Assembly (NCBI RefSeq): GCF_018350175.1
Contig: NC_058373.1
Coordinates: 138,012,001 to 138,076,000 of the forward strand
Source: Felis catus
Lineage: Eukaryota
DNA: 64,000 nt
Reading direction: 5' to 3'
How positions within the stretch are numbered: position 1 is the first letter of the stretch; every line of letters starts with the position of its first letter. Made by a program: the position numbers and the translations under genes. The notes under the pieces were generated by a model. It worked only from the letters and a program-made list of their open reading frames with translations. It did not search any database and was not told the origin of the DNA. This document shows positions 26,939 to 37,850 of the stretch, piece after piece.

Positions 26939-27544
26939 TCAATGGTGGTTTTAGAAGGCGAAAGATTTATTCGATCTAAAGAGAAACCAGAGTATAAGGG
27001 TGGCTTTAAATCAAAGACAGAAAGGAGCATGTTCAACATCCATAAAATTTTGTATTTTTGGCTGCTTTATTAAAAACTTCAAATTGTTTTAATTTCTTTG
27101 GTTGCGATGCCTAACCCAAAAGTTTAGATTTATCTTGCCCTTGACCGTGTTATCAAAGCCGCCCCACCGAGTGTTCTGAATGAACACAGACATGCTCTCT
27201 CATATCCTTAGGTTTCACCTGCGTTCTTATGCTCTACTGCCCACAGCAACTCGACTTACTGTAAGTTCCAAGAACGCAGGCCGGGTATTCTTCCTGCTCA
27301 GGGTTTACTTGTAATCTTATGATGACAGCTGTGTTCTCAATAAACCGTCTGACAGTAAGAAAGACATCTAAGCTTCCAAGCCGATGCTACATACTAGGTA
27401 AGAGATGTGTCACCTCGCGTTACTGTTCTACGTCCCTGGATCCTCAGAAGAGAAGTCTGCGAATTTTTCTCCCTATTCCAGTCAACACAGAAACAGGTCA
27501 GTTTCATGGAGGCAGTGAACAGTTTTAGCTTTGCAGGAACAAAT

Positions 27545-27547
<3 letters not shown>

Positions 27548-27592
<45 letters not shown>

Positions 27593-27720
27593 CACACACA
27601 CACACACACACATACATATATATACCAATATATATACCAAAACAATACCAATATATAAAAATATATATGTTTATATATATATAAATATATATTTATATTT
27701 TTATATTTTTAATCTATCTA
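27548..27720. repeat. (TA)n(CA)n compound microsatellite and AT-rich low-complexity tract
   Basis: Read directly; lies inside the predicted SNHG10 intron. Confidence 0.93.
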
Positions 27721-28202
27721 TTTATTTATTTAAAAAACCCAACTTACTATAAGCATGAGGAAAAATTAGGTGATTTGGGAAATAATACATTCCCAACTGG
27801 TAAGCGCACCAGGTCCTGGACTTCTGCAACATCGCTTAGGCTTCAGCACCACGGCATTTCCTGTACATACTTCTGTTCATGATGCTTGCTCTCTGATTTA
27901 CCTGGAATCCATGAAGCTGGGGGGAGGGGGGGGAAAGGATTCTGTAAGAAGCAGATCAATGTCAGAAAACTATCACATATCCATATCCATACCGTCAATA
28001 AATAAATATGTCAGGGACAAGCACTTCTGAGGAATATCTTGAGTTTATTCTCAATTCACCAGGGTCCCAGTTTCAGGCAGAATGGCTGCAAGATTACTTG
28101 TTACCAGCACGGCCTCGTTCTCTGATTTTAAAGTTGAGAACCTCCAAAACAGGTCACCTCTCGAAACCATTTTTAAAATACGTAAGGTTTAAAAAAAAAA
28201 AA

Positions 28203-28477
28203 AAATGTAGCAGTACTCAGTGTCCAACAGAAACCACTCTGTCTGTTAAACAATATCTCGACTGCAAGGCTTCTCTTGCTGTCCGTCGATAGATAATGAC
28301 ACGGCGCGGTCATTATCACCGTGGCAACAGCACCCAGGAACTATCAGAGGAAAATTGCACATAGAACGGCTGGCTCTTGAGCAGTCATGCCTCAGCTTCC
28401 TCTGGAGTATGCTTTTTCTGCAAGTCTGGTGTGCTCTAGGGTACCACCAACCCAGGGCGGCTCCAAGACTACAGATC
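28203..28477 (-). ncRNA. SCARNA13: SCARNA13 (U93), tandem box H/ACA small Cajal-body RNA
   Basis: The minus strand reads GATCTGTAGTCTTGGAGCCG...GTACTGCTACATTT, 275 nt, matching the recalled U93 sequence. Four hairpins are visible, with H box AGAAAA (28414-28419), internal ATA (28342-28344), H box AGAGAA (28271-28276) and terminal ACA (28206-28208) three nt from the 3' end. Confidence 0.93.
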
Positions 28478-28679
28478 ACGTCTCTCTTTCACGTGAGTCC
28501 CGATCTCCCCGAATCGCTCATTCCACCAACAGGAGCACCTGCCACATCTCAAGCACCGTTCTAGGAACTGAGGCTACAGTAGTGAATAAAGTCCTGTGCC
28601 GGGAAGGGGAGGGGGGGTCAACAAACGAGCTAGCGAATATATATTTCAAGGTGCACTAAGTACAATGTTAAACTGAGAA

Positions 28680-30200
28680 AGCAAGGAGCCCGGGAGGCTT
28701 TCTGCCCTCCTCTCTGTACCCGCACCCTGCTTTGTACCTGCTTCTCACTTCTCGCGCTGACGAGCTCTGGGCACCAAGTCCGGGCATCCCGCGCAGGCAC
28801 CGTGCCTAGCACGCAGCACCCGCTCAGAAAACGTTTGTCCCGGGAACCGATTCCCTCGTGGCTCCCTAGGCAACAAAGGACTGAGGCGGGCTGCAAAGTC
28901 CACGAAGCCCCAAACCCGGAAGGGATATGCACACGAGAGCACGTTACACAATTTTAAAAGTTATTTTCGAGATGTAATTGAACGCCGGAGGCGGGCGCCG
29001 CCGGGCCGGGTCCGGGCCTCGGCTCCCACGCGGGCAGCGCGGCCAAGGCACAGCCGGGACACGTGGCCGCCCGCTTCGACGCGGGCGCCCCGGCCCCCAG
29101 CGCCCGGCCCCGCTCCCACCACGAACGGCGGCTTTCCGCCGCGGCCGCACTGAGGTACCGGCGTCGCTCACCCAGGCTGCGAAAGGCGGGCACAGGCCGG
29201 CTCCAGCCCCGCCGCCGCCCCTAACGCGGAAACCCGGAGCCGGGTTACCGCGTTGCCACGGCAACTCAACCACCGCCTACGCCGGAACCGGAACCTTCCC
29301 TTGGAAGTGACCTCTTCCCGGCGTGCCGCGGAACGGCGGAGCCCGCCCACTGCCTTTCGCAGTCATCCGGGAGTATCCCAGCAGGCCCGTCTACCCTCCG
29401 GAGGGAAGTCGTCTTCCCTCTGGTTTCGCCTCTCCTCGCCTTGGAGCGTGACCCTGATGGACATTCACTCTCTCCAATCAACTGACAAAGCGATTGCCAG
29501 CGGCCAATAGTAAGGGCTGTAGGATGCGGGCTTAAGGACCACCTCCATCCTGTCGGGGACCGGGCGAGTCATACGATTGGTAGAATCGAGTAAGTGCGGG
29601 CTAGCGTTGCCCAATCACGGGGAGGAGCTCGGAGCCGGCCCAATGAGAGCCTCCGGGGGGCGGGCCGGGCTGCCGCGGGCCCGGGGAAGGCTCCCGGGGG
29701 TGAGCCGAGGTCCCGGGCCGTCGAGGGCTCCGGCCAGCGTGCGGGAATGAGCGGGTCCCTGGGCCGGGTGGCGGTGGCTCTGCTCCGCTGGGGGCGCGGC
29801 GCCGGCGGCGGCGGCCTTTGGGGCCCAGGCGTGCGGGCGGCGGGTTCGGGCGGCGGCGGGGGCGGCTCNNNNNNNNNNNNNNNNNNNNNNNNNNNNNNNN
29901 NNNNNNNNNNNNNNNNNNNNNNNNNNNNNNNNNNNNNNNNNNNNNNNNNNNNNNNNNNNNNNNNNNNNNNNNNNNNNNNNNNNNNNNNNNNNNNNNNNNN
30001 NNNNNNNNACAATGTGCTGGACGACCCCCAGCTCCGGCAAGGTCAGGCGGGCCCGCCGGGTGAGGGGCGAAGGGCCGGGGCCGCCCCGCGGGGCTTGGGT
30101 GTGTCGCGCAAGAGGTCGGGGGGGGGGGGTTCGAGCGGGGCTAAGGGCGCGGGTTCCTGCACTGTATTCGGGGTCGAGTGGGGGGCATGGTTGGCTTGAA
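28680..30200. promoter_or_regulatory. CpG-island bidirectional promoter of SNHG10 and GLRX5
   Basis: Very CpG-rich. CCAAT boxes at 29474, 29504, 29576 (reverse), 29611 and 29640; ETS-type CCGGAA repeats at 29282-29293 and GGAAGT at ~29303; RFX X-box at 29252-29265; GC box at ~29657. Confidence 0.85.
29747..30041 (+). CDS. GLRX5: Glutaredoxin-5 (mitochondrial monothiol glutaredoxin), coding exon 1
   Basis: ATG at 29747 gives [40 protein letters not shown] (Arg/Gly-rich mitochondrial targeting peptide). After a 140-N gap (29869-30008) the same frame resumes as [10 protein letters not shown], ending at the phase-1 donor CAAG|GTCAGG (intron starts 30042). The CGFS motif is expected inside the gap and is not visible. 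Confidence 0.95.
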
Positions 30201-30821
30201 GTGGATCTTGAGGATCTGGGCATCCGGTTCTGTGGCCAACTTGGGCATTGGGTAAGTCCCAGCTGTTCACTGGTCCCCACGCTGAGCCCAGGGAGGCGTT
30301 TCGGAGCCAAATCTCTCAGGCTCAGTCGGGGGGAGAGTGATGGGGAAGGGAGGCAAGAAGGAATACAGTAAGAACCACTAGGAGGTAGGCACTTTGGGGG
30401 ACACGTTGAGAAGGTCGGCCTGCCTCACGAATAAGGAGCCGGTGCTGTTGATGGTGGAGGAAGGGCGGGGGTTGCCTTTGTCTGAGGCTGGCTGGTGCTT
30501 CAAGGCTCGGGCTGTCCGGAACCATCCTTTGTTGTTGCCACAAGGAGGGGGTTGACACTGCTTTTAGACTAGTCTTACTTGGGATCACTTGGTGTGGGAG
30601 AAAAAGTCATGAAATTTGTTTTTAGCTACTCAAGGACAGGTTGGGATTGGGGGGCGTGCTGGGGCATGGAGAGGCCTGTGGACAGAGAGATAAGCAATGA
30701 ACCCTGTGCCCTAGGTAACTGAAGCTTGGAGCTGAAGGAACCAGGGACCAGTTAGGGTCTGGGGCCAGATGCAGCAGGTAGGTAGAGGCGGGAGGGCCTG
30801 GACAGCTAATTGGTACTTCTT

Positions 30822-31044
30822 TTTTTTTTTAATTTTTTTTTTTAATGTTTATTTATTTTTGAGACAGAGACAGAGCATGAACGGGGGAGGGGCAGAGAGA
30901 GAGAGGGAGACACAGAATCAGAAGGAGGCTCCAGGCTCTGAGCCATCAGCCCAGAGCCCGACGCGGGGCTCGAACTCACGGACCGCGAGATCGCGACCTG
31001 AGCTGAAGTCGGACGCTTAACCGACCGAGCCACCCAGGCGCCCC
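30822..31044 (-). mobile_element. CAN-SINE (young, felid type) in the GLRX5 intron
   Basis: CpG-retaining SINEC_Fc body; TSD aattg(g/a)tacttctt at 30808-30821 and 31045-31058. Confidence 0.93.
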
Positions 31045-31621
31045 AATTGATACTTCTTCTAATAAGCACCGTGCCAGGAACCTTATTGACATGCTTTCTC
31101 CTATTTTGTGGGGGAGGAGGAAGAGGACAGAGGAGTGTGTTGACCTGCCCCTTGGCTAAGGTCCTGGGTCAGAATTGGTGGAGCAGTGGGGAGGCTGTAT
31201 GTACCTCCTAGAGGGTGGCTTGGTGTCCTGCCTTCCCGTTAGAGACTCCCAGTGACTGAATCCTGGCACCTCCCTGAGCCTAGTGTTGTTCTTTAGTGAC
31301 AGTGTTCCGGAAACAGTTTTACGGGGCCAGCTTCTCTGTTATCCCAAGCCTAGAATTCTCCCATTTTGTTAATTACATATTTACGACTGTTACTCTCCAG
31401 TTGAAATGATCAGTCGTAGTCCTTTCTGCTTGATGAGACTGGCACTTGTGGTGGAAAGGTTTTGGGTTGTAATCCCTCTGCAGCCCGTCGGCTGTGCAGC
31501 CTTAAATCCCATCCCTGCATTTTCCTTTTCAGTCGAATGAAGATACGAGGAAAGCAGACTTGACAAAGTTTTGATGAGGAAGAAAGAGAAAGTAAAACTT
31601 TTTAGAAAAGTGCCCCTCATT

Positions 31622-31854
31622 GGGGCGCCTGGGTGGCGCAGTTGGTTAAGCGTCCGACTTCAACCAGGTCACGATCTCGCGGTCCGTGAGTTCGAGCCCC
31701 GCGTCAGGCTCTGGGCTGATGGCTCAGAGCCTGGAGCCTGTTTCCGATTCTGTGTCTCCCTCTTTCTCTGCCCCTCCCCCGTTCATGCTCTGTCTCTCTC
31801 TGTCACAAAAATAAATAAACGTTGAAAAAAAATTAAAAAAAAAAAAAAAAAGAA
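31622..31854 (+). mobile_element. CAN-SINE (young, felid type) in the GLRX5 intron
   Basis: Long A-tail; perfect 18-bp TSD agaaaagtgcccctcatt at 31604-31621 and 31855-31872. Confidence 0.95.
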
Positions 31855-32472
31855 AGAAAAGTGCCCCTCATTTTATCTGGCACACAGAAGGCACCCACTA
31901 AATGGTAGCTATTTTATTATTGGGATATTTGGTTTTCAAAGTATTTGCCCCCCCCAGATTAATCCCTGGGAAACTGTTGGTTTCTGTGGGTGGAAACTAG
32001 GAGGAGTGAAGGCAGGTTAACATGACCAGCTTTATGTGATCTTACCGTGTATTATGCTCATGATCCCTGTTTGTTTTCCTGCTAGGATGCCACCGGTCAC
32101 TAGGCCTTGGGGTGTTTTTGGTTTTTTTGTTTTTCTATGCACGGGGAGTATCTGTGGTCTTCACCCAGCAGTGGCTGCTCTACTTAAAAGATAAGATAGG
32201 AGAAACTAGTCTGTAATCTTTCCGTGGGGACCTCGCCACAGGTCCCCTGCAAATTGCTAGGATGGCCGTTCATAAAAAGTTGCGTTGTTAACAGCTTGTT
32301 TAGTACGAAGATTTGAAGCTCTTTGGTTTGTGGTTTCTGTTCTCCTGTGGAATACAACTGGAGATAGGCTATGCTGGAATGTAAGAACAAAGTAGGAGCA
32401 GAAATAAGACGGGTGACTCATAGCACTTGGATTCCTGGCTTCCGTTTCACCTGTCTGGCTTCCAGTCTCTCA

Positions 32473-32475
<3 letters not shown>

Positions 32476-32523
<48 letters not shown>

Positions 32524-32746
32524 GTTTATTTATTTTTCTTTTTTGAGAGAGAGAGTGTATGTACATGAGCAGGATAGAGGCAGAGAGAGAGAGAGAGAGA
32601 GAATTCCAAGCAGGCTCCGTGGTGTCTGTGCAGAGCCCAACACGGAGCTTGATCCGTGGGATCATGCTCTGACCCAGACCCAGGGATCATGACCTGAACT
32701 GAAATCAAGAGTTGGTCACTTCACTGACTGAGCCACCCAGGTGTCC
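32476..32746 (-). mobile_element. CAN-SINE with adjacent (CT)n microsatellite
   Basis: Antisense SINEC with an internal gggatcatg duplication; (CT)~22 at 32477-32520. Confidence 0.82.
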
Positions 32747-32804
32747 TAAGTCTCACTTTCTTAAGTGTTCAGACAACAGCTACAGGAATTTAGCCCTTAA
32801 ATTT

Positions 32805-33045
32805 ATTTTTTTTTTAAGCTTTATTTGTTTATTTTGTGTGTGTGTATATGAGAGAGAGAGCATGAGCCTGGGAGGGGCAGGGAGAGGGAGAGAGAGAATC
32901 CCAAGCAGATTCCGCGCAATCAGTGTGGAGCCCTGCAGAGCCCTGCGGAGCCCGACGTGGGGCTTGAACTCACAAACCGTGAGATCATGACCTGAGCCGA
33001 AACCAAGAGTCAGAGGCTTAACCAACTGAGCCACCCGGGCGCCCC
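32805..33045 (-). mobile_element. CAN-SINE
   Basis: Antisense SINEC; TSD gcc(c/t)ttaaattt; internal gagccctgc duplication. Confidence 0.88.
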
Positions 33046-34424
33046 GGCCTTTAAATTTCTTGACCGTAGCGTTTCAACATTTCCATTCCCATTTTGTTTC
33101 ATACCAGATTGTCATCTTGTCGATAAATGTGTTGCATATATGTTGAACATAACATCCACCTTTTGTGTTGCTTAGAAAAATAAACTCGCGTGCAACTATT
33201 AACCTGCAGATCGGAGCAGGGTAGTGTGTGCGTGTTCCCGCAGTGGGGACTCATTTAGCCAGGGTAGGTAAGACTTTATAAAACATTCAGGCTCTTCATC
33301 TCTTTATTCTCTACACTTTTGACTTTACCTAGAGAAGCTGCCAGGCTGTCTGATGGTTGCTTTTGCTAGTCACAGCTACCTCTGTGCACCCTTCCTAGAC
33401 CCAAGGTCACCGCTAGTAACTGGAGAGGGGCAGCCGCCAAACTGCCTTTCCTTTCTCCCTGTGCCACAGCTTTGCGAAGGGCTCAGAGCCTGAAGAACAC
33501 CCACAGACTCTGTCTCCTTCCTGCTGCCCGGTTCCCAAGGTGTGACGCAGAGAGGTCTCAACCTGTGACCCAGGGAACAAAGACGACTGTGAGGTCCTCC
33601 TCCCGTCTTTTCTTTCTCCTGTTTATCTGGAATACACGCAGAAGGGAGCCACAAAGGGATCGGGTGGGTCCCGGCAGACAGATGTCAGCATATCCAAATC
33701 CTCCTTTTAACAAAGCCTGTCTTTTATTTTCCTTTGTAAAAGTAACATGCTCACCGAGGAAACTTGGAAATGCCGAAAGTAATAAACGAAAACTACCTGT
33801 AATTCTGCATACACCGTTAACATTTGTATCTAGTTTGTAGTTGGGTTTTTGTTTGTTTGTTTTGTTTTTAAATGCATTTGAGATCACACGTGTCCATGCG
33901 TAGCATTTTGCCCTCTGGAGAGCAGGGACCATGTCTGACCGCGTTACCTGAGTACCCTGTATATTGCTTATGCAGTGCGAGCTTTCGGTGATGATTTTAA
34001 TGAATAAGTAAATACTTCTCTTATTTATCATATCGGAAACCATCTTCCATGCTCTTTAAAAACAAACCCTCTTAAATTTCTGCCTGTTCAGATCCCCATT
34101 GTTTTTTGCTTTCACGAGGAGCAGTGTCTGTTGAATGAATAGCCATTATCGTATTGTTGAATGTTTATTAAGCCTTTGAAGATATGCACGGCCTTTTCAC
34201 TATCAGGGAATTTGGGCAACAGTAACAAATCTGGGACCTTGGCAAATGTTAAAAGATGAGGGGGTGGTGTTTCTGGGTCTTTGTTGTGATGGATGTGATA
34301 CATGCTGTGGATGAGAGAATCCAGTCGCACCAACACCTTGGAGGAGTAACTGTCGGTGCCGGGTCAAGTTGAAGGTGACCAGCTGCTTCCCTCCTGGGTA
34401 TATGGTCTACAGTGAGGGTTGCCG

Positions 34425-34610
34425 GGGGTTCCTGCGTGGCTCCGTCGGTCAAGAGTCCGACTTCGGCTCAGGTCATGATCTCGTGGTCTGTGAGTTTAAG
34501 CCCCGCATTGGTCTCTGTGCTGACAGCTCAGAGCCTGGAGCCCCTCCCCACTCACGCTCTTTCTCTCTCTGTCTCTCAAAAGATAAACAAACGTTAACAA
34601 ACAAATAAAG
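34425..34610 (+). mobile_element. CAN-SINE (internally deleted)
   Basis: ccgacttcggctcaggtcatgatctc...ctctgtctctcaaaa with A-rich tail. Confidence 0.8.
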
Positions 34611-34611
34611 T

Positions 34612-34815
34612 GGGGGTTGACAGACGACCTTTGTAAAGGGCCAGAGAGTAAGTACTTCAGTCTTTGTGGACCCTTCCACTCTGCTATTGGGGGCCTGAAG
34701 GCAGTCGGATGGTACCTAGACAGGTAGGTGTGGCCGAGTTCTAATAAAACTTGATTTGCAAAAAATAGGAAGTGGACCATATTTGGCCCAAAGGCCGTAG
34801 TTTGCCACCTCTTTC
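34612..34815. mobile_element. MER58A-like hAT relic
   Basis: tgtaaagggccagagagtaagtactt...ggccgtagtttgccacc. Confidence 0.65.
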
Positions 34816-37611
34816 TCCAGCGAGGAAGACCCCTGTGTTTGAGTTAGAAGATGCATGTAATGATACTCCCTGAGGCACTGCTTGTAATAATGAAAACTTG
34901 GCAAGAGAGGATCTTGGCCTATTAGTAGACTGGATAAACAGACTGTGGTTTAGTCAGGCGATAGAAAACTAAGTTGTGGTAGAGTGATCTAGTTCTAGAT
35001 GTATCTCATGTAACTGAATCTCAAAAATTACAGGGTGCAGTCACGAAGTAAGTTGCAAAAAAGGTAGTCATGGCATAATGCCGTTCGTGTATACAGACGT
35101 TACCGGTGTGAAACGGCCCGACGTGTTGCGGACACATGTCAGTTGTAAGTATGGTTCGTGGGCAGGGGTGGGACGTGCCAGCCAGAGGCCACCTGCGGAG
35201 GTCTAGAACCTGTCCTTTGGATTCCTAGAAACCCGGATGGAAATCCAGGCCCGGCCGTCTGCCAGCACTGTGACTTTGGTTAAAGAACTTCTCTGAGCCT
35301 CAGTTTCTTCCTCTGATAAATAGGGACTAATTATGCCTTCCCGGAAGGACTCTTACAAAGGTTAAGTGAGGGTATGTATTGAAAACACTTAAAGAATGTG
35401 AAATTCAGTAACCCTATCAGCAAGTGCCTGGCACACCTGATTGGTATTTTTCCAGCATTCTTCTCTGGGCGTCCTTTGTTGCACGTATTTCTAGAGAGGC
35501 AGGACTTGAAGGGTGGAGTAGGGGGCATTGGTGGAGAGGAGAGCGTATCCGCCTTGCACCTGGAATGTGCAAGCTCAATCCTTTCACCAATTAGGTCTCA
35601 ATTCATCTTTGTAATAAATCCGTGAGGCATGGATTTCTTCCCACTTCCCAGGTAGGGAGACTGAGGCTAAGACATGAGCAAATTTATCTGAAGCTACATC
35701 TGCAAGCTAGCAAGCCACAGTCGGCTGCCCTTAAAGCCATTGCTTTGTTCACTCTGTCCCCAGCCTTTGCTTTTCCCCTGTTGAGGGTCTCTCGTTTCTC
35801 TTGCTCTCTCTGCTCAGGTGATCTCATGGGGGTGCTGACATCACTGTTTCCTAGGAGGACTTCAGGAGGAGGTGATGTGACTTGCCCCAGGCAGAGTTAA
35901 CCTGCATCAGACTCGGAAGCTCCTATGGTGAAAATCTACCAGGAAAAAAAAAAAGGAAACTCTTATCATTTGTTTGTTGTCCAAACCGGGAACGAAGTCT
36001 ATGTTCCGAAATGGGATGAATTTTGAAAAGTCCCTTTCGAAAGTTCTGGAAGTACTTTTTTTCCACTCTGGTTTGATGCTTTGGAATATTAATTTTTTTG
36101 GTGGGGCAGTAGGTAGAGGTAGAACCGGTTTTGTAAGACCACCTCCTTCGTCACTCCAAATTCCTAGTGTCACCCTATGTAGAACTTCGCAGTCAGTACT
36201 TTTGTCCCAAATTGAATCATTGTCACCTATCATCTTTAAAATAGCATTGTCATTAAAATCCGCTCTTGGATACGATTTTCTCATTTTCATGAGTTTCTCC
36301 GATCCTGAGTTATTTGGAGTGAAAGTTAACTACCACTGTATATTGCAGGTTTTGAGAATTAAAAAGTGTGAGAAATTAGCCATGTTTAAACAATTAATGG
36401 TGGACCGATGGGATTCATTTTAATTTTCAACTTGTGAGCCGCGGTCTCTTATTCTCAGAAGTTACTCGCTTCGTGCTATAGGAATCCACTGGTTATCTCG
36501 TTAAATATTTAAACTTGTAATCAGACTTCTAAAAAAAGGAACATAGTATTTTTTTTAAGACGCTGAAGCTTTGCCTTGCTATCAGCTGCCTGTAACCTCT
36601 GTTACTCTAAAAGCCAAAGAAGCAGGTAGGTTTCGTTTTGATCAACTGTCAGCTAGTAGGCCCCTTGGCCACTGTCACAATGCCATCATGGGCTCCGAGG
36701 CACGGTGCTTCTGAGTTCCTGAAATGCAAGTTATTGGGCAAGATAGTGTGACTCTGGGGTTTGGAAGGAGTCCCAGCTCCCTCGCACGTGACTGGGGGTG
36801 GGGATGTTCGGGAAGGTTGGAAAGCCCACTTGCTGGGTAGTTTTAATGGTGGCGTGTCTGCCTCTTCTGTCTTGTCTGGACATGTGATCTGCCGCAGCAT
36901 GAAATTAATGAAGGAATCGAGCCTAAAGCTTTGATTGAGTGTGGTGCTATAAATACGATTGATGGAAGCAAATCATTCCTTTACTTAGCAAAGATCTTAT
37001 GTAAAAAAACTACTTTTTTGGATCAGATGCGTGTGGTTTTCGGGCGACCTCAGATGGCAAATTTAGTCTCATGTATGGTGCGCTTCAAAAATTGTAGGGA
37101 CTCACCGAAAGAATCAGTAGATATTCATTGTCTTAGAAAGCTTCACACAATGTATTACCAATTGAAAAAGACCCAGATGTAAAAGCACGCACATTAGTGG
37201 CACATGCACACAATACAGAAGGTTCTTAAGAAGCTTTCAAAGAATTGCAAGAGATTCGTGTTGACTTCAAACATTTCTTAATTCCCACACCCACTCTCGG
37301 TCACATGAAAGTAAAAAAAGATGGATCACTGGCTTCTTTGTGAAATAAGTTCTAACAGACTATTTAAGGACAGAGCTTTTTTTTTTTAAATACAACTCCT
37401 ATGCTGAGTCGTCTCTGTGGCATCAAGTATCAGAATGACGAAAAACTTTAATTCATCAAGATACTCTAACATATCTAGATATTTGGTATTCTGAAGACAT
37501 TCTGAAGGCTAAATGAAATTTTCCTTTTATTAGTAACCCCCCTACCTCTAGCTGACTTTTTTTTTTTTTTTTAAGGCACTCAAAGTGGCTTAGAACTGTG
37601 CTTTTCTGGGG

Positions 37612-37850
37612 ATATAACGTACAGCATTGTGACTATAGCTGACAATCCTGTATTGCACATTTGTAAGCTTTTAAGGTAATCTTGAAAGTTCTCATCACAG
37701 GAAAAAAACCTCTGTAACCTTATAGGGTGACAGCTGTTAACTAGACTTATTGTGGTGATCATTTTGTAATATATACACATATCAAATCATTATATTGTAT
37801 GCCTGAAATAATATGCCATATGTCAATTATACCTCAAAAAAAAAAAAAAT
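37612..37850 (+). mobile_element. L1 3'-end fragment (L1MA/L1_Carn-like) in the GLRX5 intron
   Basis: ttgaaagttctcatcaca...tatgtcaattatacctc followed by an A-tail, flanked by the near-identical repeat gtgct(t)ttctgggg (TSD). Confidence 0.75.

Larger units (their letters stand above)
27045..29310 (-). ncRNA. SNHG10: SNHG10-like snoRNA host lncRNA; exon structure predicted from splice motifs
   Basis: Lies head-to-head with GLRX5 and contains SCARNA13 in the same orientation. Candidate minus-strand exons: ~29310-29172 (TGG|GTGAGC); 28865-28738 (cctttgttgcctag|, CAG|GTACAA); 27941-27902 (ctgcttcttacag|, CAG|GTAAAT); from 27348 (tctttcttactgtcag|). Minus-strand AATAAA at 27066-27071. No credible ORF. 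The ends are approximate. Confidence 0.65.

Noticed and set aside
29594-29746. GTG-initiated N-terminal extension of GLRX5
   Set aside because: It runs through the CCAAT/GC-box promoter; the recognisable protein starts at ATG 29747.
30029-30031. GLRX5 codon 95 is Gln where I recall Glu in human
   Set aside because: A conservative change near a gap edge, compared from memory; no basis for a functional claim.
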